Positions 1-6,667 of a DNA stretch of 64,000 bases are shown here, piece after piece. The stretch's first letter is position 1. Each line of letters opens with the position of its first letter. Source of the DNA: Spirochaetota bacterium (GTDB lineage: Bacteria; Spirochaetota; UBA4802; UBA5550); NCBI GenBank assembly GCA_963664815.2, contig CAXXHB010000003.1:480001-544000 (forward strand), read 5' to 3'. The notes below the pieces were generated by a model. It had not been told where the DNA came from, searched no databases, and saw only the letters and a list, made by a program, of their open reading frames with translations. The position numbers and the translations under genes were made by a program.

Positions 1-1089
1 AAAGGATGGTATATAAATTCAAGCCAGACTTATAATGCAGGCGATACATTTATGATATATAGTAACGTTACATTGTACGCGAAGTGGCTTTACGGGTACG
101 GTATAACCTATGACGGCAATGGAAGCGATTCCGGTACAGTGCCTGTTGATACCCTTTATGCGGCTGGTGACAGTGTTCCGATAAAAAGCAACACAGGGAG
201 TCTTGCCAGAACAGGATACCTGTTTCAGGGATGGCATACTTCGGCAGGTGATTCCTATTATCCGGGTGGGAATCCATTAACAATGAGCACTTCAGGAGCT
301 GTTCTTTACGCAAGCTGGGGAGATCGGCAGATTTTCACAGGTTATGGCACGATAAATATTTACGGGGACTGTACTGTCACTGTAAAAGCCTGGGGCGGCG
401 GCGGACAGGGGGGATATTATAACGGAAATACCGGTGGTGGAGGGGGATATTCATATTCTGCATTTACTGCTGAAAATGGTGACGTGCTCCATGTCGTAGT
501 TGGAGCCGGAGGTGGGAATACAAAAACTTCCGGTATGCCTGGCCTCGGGGAATCCAACGGTTATCAAGGCGGCGATGCATCGCTTGTAGTCCTTTACAGG
601 GGTGGGTTATATAATTTAAAATGCTGTGCCGGCGGCGGAGGGGGCAGCAGTTACAGCAACGGGTATAAAGGAGGTGCGGGGGGAGGTTCTTATGGCCAGG
701 CTGGTACGGGCAGTAATTCTGGTGGAGGAGATGGAAATGGCGGAGCAGGTTATTCCGGAATACCGGCTACTTATGGAAGCAATATGCTTAAATCTTCAGC
801 AACTCTTGAAGGATTGGGCGGAAAAGGGGGACGCCCGGTCTCAAATCTTGGAGGTTCTGGCGGCGGCGGATATGGCGGTGGAGGTACGAGTTGTTACAAT
901 TTAGGTTATAATGCAGGAAGTGGCGGCGGCGGATACTGCGAAGGTACAGGATACTCAACTCTTACAGGCACGAATTCAAAACCGGGTAACAGTACAGATT
1001 CAGATCTGCCCTCAGGATATGCAATCGGCGGTGCACAGAATACAAATGGCGGGAACGGTTATGTTATTGTTTCCATAGTGTATAACTGA
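1..1089 (+). CDS. 5'-truncated surface protein: InlB B-repeat (Listeria/Bacteroides repeat) domains plus C-terminal glycine-rich domain
   Basis: Frame 1 is open from base 1 (KGWYINSS...). Repeats end VTLYAKW / AVLYASW with a GYLFQGW core. C-terminal VKAWGGGGQGG...GGNGYVIV Gly-rich domain. Confidence 0.75.
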   Translation, partial: KGWYINSSQTYNAGDTFMIYSNVTLYAKWLYGYGITYDGNGSDSGTVPVDTLYAAGDSVPIKSNTGSLARTGYLFQGWHTSAGDSYYPGGNPLTMSTSGAVLYASWGDRQIFTGYGTINIYGDCTVTVKAWGGGGQGGYYNGNTGGGGGYSYSAFTAENGDVLHVVVGAGGGNTKTSGMPGLGESNGYQGGDASLVVLYRGGLYNLKCCAGGGGGSSYSNGYKGGAGGGSYGQAGTGSNSGGGDGNGGAGYSGIPATYGSNMLKSSATLEGLGGKGGRPVSNLGGSGGGGYGGGGTSCYNLGYNAGSGGGGYCEGTGYSTLTGTNSKPGNSTDSDLPSGYAIGGAQNTNGGNGYVIVSIVYN

Positions 1090-1214
1090 ATCTTTATACA
1101 TTTATTGTTTCGAAGGATTAATGAATTACTGAAAATTCTGAATATATAGTGTTTTAAAATATGCGGGGCATTCGTTAAAGGGCATGGAGTCTGCAAAAGA
1201 GTTATGAAAACATC

Positions 1215-1310
1215 AGTGAAATATATATCATGAACGCTGATGGTTCAGGCCAGACAAACATCTCTAATAATTCTGCAAGCGATACAACACCTTCCTGGTC
1301 GCCATATTAG
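1215..1310 (+). pseudogene. 3' remnant of a TolB-like (PD40 repeat) gene
   Basis: Translates SEIYIMNADGSGQTNISNNSASDTTPSWSPY*, a typical PD40 blade. In-frame TAA at 1176-1178 and no credible start. Confidence 0.6.
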
Positions 1311-1385
1311 TTCAGGAATGTGTATGTTGCTGATACGATTATTTAGTGATGTTCGCGTATAATTTCAAGCGCTTAATGTCTTTTG

Positions 1386-1643
1386 CTATTCAGGCTTCTT
1401 ATAATGTGCGCTATATCTGTCAATAACGGTTTTAATCATTGTCTGGTATGGAACCCCGGCTTTTTTTGCTTTTTCTTTGAAAAAATCAACGCTTGATTTA
1501 CTCAGGGAAATAGTAATCTTAACATTATCTTCTTTTTTTATTAATAGTTCCGGAGCTGGCAGAAAATCTTCAATAGTTTCTGAAGACATTATTGATTCTG
1601 CTAATTCCGGAGGAGCTGATTTATAAGTTGTTTTCTTTTTCAT
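1386..1643 (-). CDS. BrnA/CopG-like RHH antitoxin
   Basis: VKITISLSKSSVDFFKEKAKKAGVPYQTMIK ribbon-helix-helix. Overlaps the toxin 3' end. Confidence 0.8.
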   Translation of the reverse strand: MKKKTTYKSAPPELAESIMSSETIEDFLPAPELLIKKEDNVKITISLSKSSVDFFKEKAKKAGVPYQTMIKTVIDRYSAHYKKPE

Positions 1644-1899
1644 ATTTTTTTCTCCCTTCCCGCCAGTAACCGGCTCCGAATATTCTTATTCTGTTATTTC
1701 TTACTGTAAAACGTACGGTCATTATTTTATCTTCGACCAGTCCAAAGCAGAAATATCTTTTTTCAGCTTTTGTTGTATGTTTTGCATCAACAGCTATAAC
1801 TCTTTTTTTGTCAAAAAATGCATTCTGAGCATCAAAAAATGACACGTCATGTTTTGAAATGTTTTCTCTGTTTTTATTTTCATCCCACTCAAAATTCAT
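1621..1899 (-). CDS. brnT: BrnT-family (DUF497) toxin
   Basis: MNFEWDENKNRENISKHDVSF...EKRY...FTVRNNRIRIFGA. Start placed at ATG 1899 from family length and promoter position (ORF track gives 1911). Confidence 0.85.
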   Translation of the reverse strand: MNFEWDENKNRENISKHDVSFFDAQNAFFDKKRVIAVDAKHTTKAEKRYFCFGLVEDKIMTVRFTVRNNRIRIFGAGYWREGRKKYEKENNL

Positions 1900-1906
1900 A
1901 TGTACC

Positions 1907-1934
1907 ATCATACATATTATAAGCCATATGTCAA
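1907..1934 (-). promoter_or_regulatory. sigma70-type promoter of brnTA
   Basis: Minus strand TTGACA (1934-1929), 16-nt spacer, TATGAT (1912-1907). Confidence 0.55.
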
Positions 1935-2227
1935 ATTTTATGCCGCCGGTTTTTATAAAAAAACTGTGTTTTCTGACCGGACGTACGGGTCGGTTGGTTC
2001 TTTCCGCCTGACTATGACTCTGTTCCGGGATACTGTAATATCGGCATATTTTTGAGGTTTTTAAACAGATGAGTTGTTATCAAAATTGTAAATTCCGGCA
2101 GCGGGGTCTTCAGTGGTTATTTATACGCTATATTTTTGTCTGAGAGTTTGCATACCCGGTCAAAAACCGGTTTTTCCGGTTAATCTTTTGGCCGGGTGTA
2201 TCATCCGCTGAAGATCCCGCTGTCATG

Positions 2228-5200
2228 TCAGGCGGGAATTGTCAGGATAAAGATGTTGCCCCCTTCAGGATTGCGTTTTGTCGCAATACGGCCGTTAAGT
2301 TCCCTGACCCCCTTTCTGACACCGGAAAGGCTGAACCCGGTTGAACGCCCCGCATCAAAGAGCTGATTAAGATCCTCCCTGTCAAGCCATTGCCCTGAAT
2401 CGGTGATCCTTATTATAATGGAGCCATTCTCTTTATCTGTGCTTACCCCTATCTGCCCGTTTTCACCGGACAGGAACACCGCATTGGTAATAAGATCGCT
2501 CACTACGGATGAGAGTACAGCCGGATTCCCTGTAAATGACGGGCCTCCCGGTGTTATTATGAATTCGCTCCTGGCGCCGTGGTTTCTCTTCACCGCCTCC
2601 ACCGCGTCGGCAATAATTGCGTCAAGGGATTCATCTTCCCCGTCTCCCAGAAGGTTGAGGGCATCAATTAAAGCCCTCCTGGCTCTTCCCCTGTTTTCCT
2701 TTTTAATGTTTTCAAGATCAAGGGAGATGTTAAAACCGGACGTACGTTCCTCAACAAGCCTGTTCTGCTTCTTCAGATTTTCGTTTGTATCAATAACCTG
2801 GTATGTCTTGATGGGGTGATCAATCCCCTTGACCATTACATCCTCCTTTTCAAGACAGTAGTATTTATGTGAAACAAGGGAATACGTTTCATGAGAGATG
2901 AGCACCTGGTCTGTATCGGCCGAGCTTTCAAGCCTGCTTGCAAGGTTTACCTGCGACCCGATAATCGTGTAATCCATCCTTGCCTCGCTGCCGAAATTCC
3001 CCACTGTGCAGTAACCTGTACTTATGCCCATTCTCACATGGAACGGTTCAGCTATTCCATGCTCAAACCAGCGGTTCTGCAGGTATCTGAGCCGCGATTT
3101 CATCTCCACGGCCATGTCCACAGCCGCAACTGCGTCCATCTGTTCGCCCCTGCTATCCGGATCGCCGAAAAATACAAGTATGGCGTCGCCTATGAATTTG
3201 TCAATCGTGGCGCCATATTTTATGGCGATTTGCGACATCTCGTTCAGATAACTATTGAGAAGTTCGGTTAGTGATTCGGTCTCCATTCTTTCAGTTGTCT
3301 GTGTAAAATTCTTTATGTCGGAGAAGAATACTGTGAGCTTTTTCCTGGTGGATGCGATTTTCACATCCTGCTTTCCCGTTAAGATCATATCCCTGATCTG
3401 GGGCGAAAGATATTTTGACAGATTTCCCGAGAGTGATTCAAGTATTGAATTCATGTCGTTGAGCTTGTTCATGGTCTCCTGCAGCTCGCTGGTTCTTTCG
3501 TCAACTTTCTTCTCAAGATTTTCGGTGAAGTCCCTCAGCGTCACAATCATGCTGTTGAAAGTTTTTGCAAGCATGCCTATTTCATCATGTGTGCTGGTGT
3601 CGATCCTCACGTTATAGTTTCCCGATGAAACCGCCTCTGTGGAGGAGATCAGGTGTTTAATGGGATTTGTAATGTTTTTCGAAAGAAATACAACTATTAA
3701 TATGGCGATCGGCGTTATAATAAAAAATCCCATGAGAAAGTTTAACCTTGTCCCCGCAGTAATACTGTTGATTGTTTCCATGAGTTCGGATTTACTTTTA
3801 TTTATATCATCAATGTATGTACCAGTGCCAAGCCACATGTTTGTCCCCGGAACGTTCATTGCTGTGCCAAGCTTGGGATATATGCCTTCGACTCCGGGCT
3901 TACTCCAGTAGAATTCAAGGAACATGCTTTTATTTTTGGCCGCTTCATCAAGTTCCCTTATGATGTACTGCTTACCCTCCGGGTCCTGCATGTCCCACAG
4001 GTTCTTACCCTCAAGATTTTTATTCAGCCCGTGAATCAGGTTTTTGCCGGTTCCGGCCTCGTATGCGTAGAAATACCCGTCTGTGCCGAACCGCAGCTGC
4101 CTCAGAACATCCTGTGTAAGCTTTAACCTCTCAGCCTGAGGGAGTTTATTCATGCCGTTGATCACAGTTGCAAGAGATACGGCCATCTCCGTGTTGTTCC
4201 GGAGCATGAAGCGGTATTTATCGGTCAGCAGGGTCTCGGACTTTTTCATCATATAATCGCTGTACCCTGTGAATGAAAAATTAAATATAAAGTATATCAC
4301 GGCAAAGCTCACAACAAGAGTTGCTATGAGAAATGTGAGAAGTTTGGCAAGAATGCTGTTTTTTCTTGGGAACCTGTCTTTAATGCTGTTCTTCATCCGG
4401 ACCAGGAGTTCCATGAGAGATGCGGGATCTGCGCTGTTTTTAAAATATCCGCGCCATTTGTAAAAAAGATCAGCCATTACCACGATTCCGAGAACAGCTA
4501 TAAAAATTATGAGGAACGCGTTCATTCTCAGATTAAAAGCCTCCGTGGGATTCTGTACTTTGGAGGCTTTTTCAAAGAAGATAAAGACCATCTGCCACGC
4601 CGCTATGTATGATGTTATCAGCATGAAGAGCATGGGGATTACTGTTATCCATATATATTTAACCTTGTCAGTCTTGATCAGAAGAGTGGTGCCTATACCC
4701 AGCGCGGTTGCTGCCAGAATCTGGTTTGCGATACCGAACATGGGCCATATTGTTGAGATGTTGCCGGTGAACAGAAGATAACACCACATAAGAACAATTA
4801 TAAGGCTTGTAACGATAATGTTGATTTCATTTTTATGATTTGAAAAGGGTTTATAGATTCTGCCCCCTATCTCCTGAAGCATGAATCTGCCGACCCTGGT
4901 TCCGGCATCAACAAGAGTCAGAATAAACAGGGCTATAAACATGAGCGAGTAGTTATACCAGTATGGCAAAGCGGCCTTCCCGCCGAAAAGTGATGAAAGC
5001 AGAACCGACATCCCTGCGGCAATCGAAACCGCACCCCCTGTCCTCCCCTGTAGTTCCAGCCCTATGATCTGCGAAAGATCCTTAACCCTTGATACGGGAA
5101 ACCCTATTGATGCCAGCATGTCAGGTGATAACTTTGTATTAATGGCGAAATAATCGCCGGGGATAAGCACAGATGCGGCAATAAGCGCTATCACCGCCAC

Positions 5201-6328
5201 AAAACCTTCAACCAGCATTGAACCGAAACCTATGAGGGGAATGTCCTTTTCGGACATAATCATTTTCGGCGTAGTGCCGGAAGAGATCAGCCCGTGAAAT
5301 CCTGAAATCGCGCCGCAGGCAATGGTAATAAACAGAAAGGGGAAAAGGGTTCCGGGAATAATGGGGCCGCCCCCTGCTATGTATTGTGTGGCTTTTGGCA
5401 TCTCCATAACCGGCATGTTTATAACGATTGCAGCCGCAAGGAGAATAAATGTTCCCACTTTAAGGTATGCCGAAATGTAATCCCTGGGAACAAGGAGCAG
5501 CCAGATCGGCAGGGCCGAGGAGAGGAAACAGAGAATTCCCAGATAAATAATAAGCCTGTTTTTATCAATTGTAAAAATATGGGCAATGGATGAGCCTGGT
5601 ATGCTGCTCCCCAGCAGAACCGCTGCAAGGAGCAGCAGCGCGCCGACTATGCTCACCTCCATTATCTTCCCATGCCTTAAAAAGCGCATATAGATCCCCA
5701 TGAATATGGCGATGGGGAATGTGAGCATGAGAGTGAATGTACCCCAGGAATTCATATTCAGGGAATTTACAACTGACAGCGCTGCGCCGGCAACAGCGAC
5801 AATGACATTGAACACGATTATTAATGCCAGCACAATTCCGCTGAGAGAGCCGATTTCATCCCTTGCTATCTGCGCAAGGGAATGACCCTTGTGCCTGGCT
5901 GAAGCGGCAAGTATAACCATATCATGAACCGCACCGGCAAGCGTGGCGCCGACAAGAATCCATAAGAACCCGGGAAGGTACCCGAACTGTGCGGCCAGCG
6001 TGGGACCTATAAGAGGCCCTGCCCCTGCTATTGCCGCGAAATGATGCCCGAAGAGAACCCACTTATTCATCGGGTAATAATCCACGCCGTCACGCTCCGT
6101 TTCGGATGGCATCAGGTTTGTCTCGTCAAATGCCAGAACCTTTGAGGCGATAAAGGCGCCGTAAAATCTGTATGTTATTATAAAAATGCAGGCAGTAGCT
6201 ACAATAAGCCAGACCGCATTGACTTTTTCACCGGGATTAAGAAACCCCGCGATTACGGCAAGGGATACAGCCGCAATAAAAGATACTATAACCCATATAA
6301 GTTTTTTAAAGATCTTAACTGCCGACAT
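2228..6328 (-). CDS. Fusion protein: CstA-family transporter + single Cache domain + HAMP + class III adenylate cyclase + degenerate HATPase_c
   Basis: CstA motifs FGHHFAAIAGAGPLIGP, FITIACGAISGFH, DAGTRVGRF, IWPMFGIANQ (~aa 1-630). TM, then Cache (LRFGTDGYFYAY, GKNLWDMQDPEGKQYIIREL, WLGTGTYIDD), then TM. HAMP (PIKHL...DEIGMLAKTFNSM). Cyclase (FFSDIKNFT, DKFIGDA, DYTIIGSQVNLASRLE). C-terminal LITNAV / ITDSG / GNIFILTIP. Confidence 0.9.
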   Translation of the reverse strand: MSAVKIFKKLIWVIVSFIAAVSLAVIAGFLNPGEKVNAVWLIVATACIFIITYRFYGAFIASKVLAFDETNLMPSETERDGVDYYPMNKWVLFGHHFAAIAGAGPLIGPTLAAQFGYLPGFLWILVGATLAGAVHDMVILAASARHKGHSLAQIARDEIGSLSGIVLALIIVFNVIVAVAGAALSVVNSLNMNSWGTFTLMLTFPIAIFMGIYMRFLRHGKIMEVSIVGALLLLAAVLLGSSIPGSSIAHIFTIDKNRLIIYLGILCFLSSALPIWLLLVPRDYISAYLKVGTFILLAAAIVINMPVMEMPKATQYIAGGGPIIPGTLFPFLFITIACGAISGFHGLISSGTTPKMIMSEKDIPLIGFGSMLVEGFVAVIALIAASVLIPGDYFAINTKLSPDMLASIGFPVSRVKDLSQIIGLELQGRTGGAVSIAAGMSVLLSSLFGGKAALPYWYNYSLMFIALFILTLVDAGTRVGRFMLQEIGGRIYKPFSNHKNEINIIVTSLIIVLMWCYLLFTGNISTIWPMFGIANQILAATALGIGTTLLIKTDKVKYIWITVIPMLFMLITSYIAAWQMVFIFFEKASKVQNPTEAFNLRMNAFLIIFIAVLGIVVMADLFYKWRGYFKNSADPASLMELLVRMKNSIKDRFPRKNSILAKLLTFLIATLVVSFAVIYFIFNFSFTGYSDYMMKKSETLLTDKYRFMLRNNTEMAVSLATVINGMNKLPQAERLKLTQDVLRQLRFGTDGYFYAYEAGTGKNLIHGLNKNLEGKNLWDMQDPEGKQYIIRELDEAAKNKSMFLEFYWSKPGVEGIYPKLGTAMNVPGTNMWLGTGTYIDDINKSKSELMETINSITAGTRLNFLMGFFIITPIAILIVVFLSKNITNPIKHLISSTEAVSSGNYNVRIDTSTHDEIGMLAKTFNSMIVTLRDFTENLEKKVDERTSELQETMNKLNDMNSILESLSGNLSKYLSPQIRDMILTGKQDVKIASTRKKLTVFFSDIKNFTQTTERMETESLTELLNSYLNEMSQIAIKYGATIDKFIGDAILVFFGDPDSRGEQMDAVAAVDMAVEMKSRLRYLQNRWFEHGIAEPFHVRMGISTGYCTVGNFGSEARMDYTIIGSQVNLASRLESSADTDQVLISHETYSLVSHKYYCLEKEDVMVKGIDHPIKTYQVIDTNENLKKQNRLVEERTSGFNISLDLENIKKENRGRARRALIDALNLLGDGEDESLDAIIADAVEAVKRNHGARSEFIITPGGPSFTGNPAVLSSVVSDLITNAVFLSGENGQIGVSTDKENGSIIIRITDSGQWLDREDLNQLFDAGRSTGFSLSGVRKGVRELNGRIATKRNPEGGNIFILTIPA

Positions 6329-6439
6329 TATATTACTCCTGTACCAGTTACGGAATATTTAAACGTATTTTGAAGACATATGCATCTCCCGGACAAATCC
6401 GGGCCGGTTTGTTCAATCAATTGATTTATCGAACTGTTT

Positions 6440-6468
6440 ATCATAACTTTTCCGGATGAGGTTGTCAA
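6440..6468 (-). promoter_or_regulatory. sigma70 promoter driving the CstA-cyclase fusion
   Basis: Minus strand TTGACA (6468-6463), 17-nt spacer, TATGAT (6445-6440). AGGAG RBS lies upstream of ATG 6328. Confidence 0.75.
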
Positions 6469-6473
6469 TGGGT

Positions 6474-6512
6474 GTGTAGTGAACTGTGCGTATAGTGTAA
6501 TGAACTGTGCGT
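6474..6512 (-). promoter_or_regulatory. LytTR-type direct-repeat operator
   Basis: GTGTAGTGAACTGTGCGT (6474-6491) and GTGTAATGAACTGTGCGT (6495-6512), period 21. Minus-strand cores ACAGTTCAT / ACAGTTCAC with a 12-nt spacer fit the LytTR consensus [TA][AC][CA]GTTN[AG][TG] (second core has one mismatch). Confidence 0.75.
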
Positions 6513-6667
6513 CCTGTTCGAATTTTTTCTTAGATGCAGCGTAAAATTTCATACCACAGCTCGCCGTCAATTACCGCATTTTGTGCGTAATTATGGAGTG
6601 TTTTCCATTTTTCAGGTCCCCTTTAATATCTTGACGTGAAGGCTACACTTCTGCGATTATTTCACTC

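Noticed and set aside
380-1060. GGC/GGT-rich repeats
   Set aside because: Fully explained by Gly-rich coding sequence.
2403-5885. Many plus-strand ORFs opposite the CstA fusion (and similar shadow ORFs across the window)
   Set aside because: Antisense shadows of long, motif-rich genes; no RBS or recognisable motifs.
6328-6570. 80-aa minus-strand ORF ending at the cstA start, a possible leader peptide
   Set aside because: It spans the predicted promoter and operator, so most of it would not be on that transcript. Non-ATG start and no motif.
6552-6585. Possible second LytTR pair facing the regulator (ACCACAGCTCG / ACCGCATTTTG)
   Set aside because: Poor consensus match and a 20-bp rather than 21-bp period.
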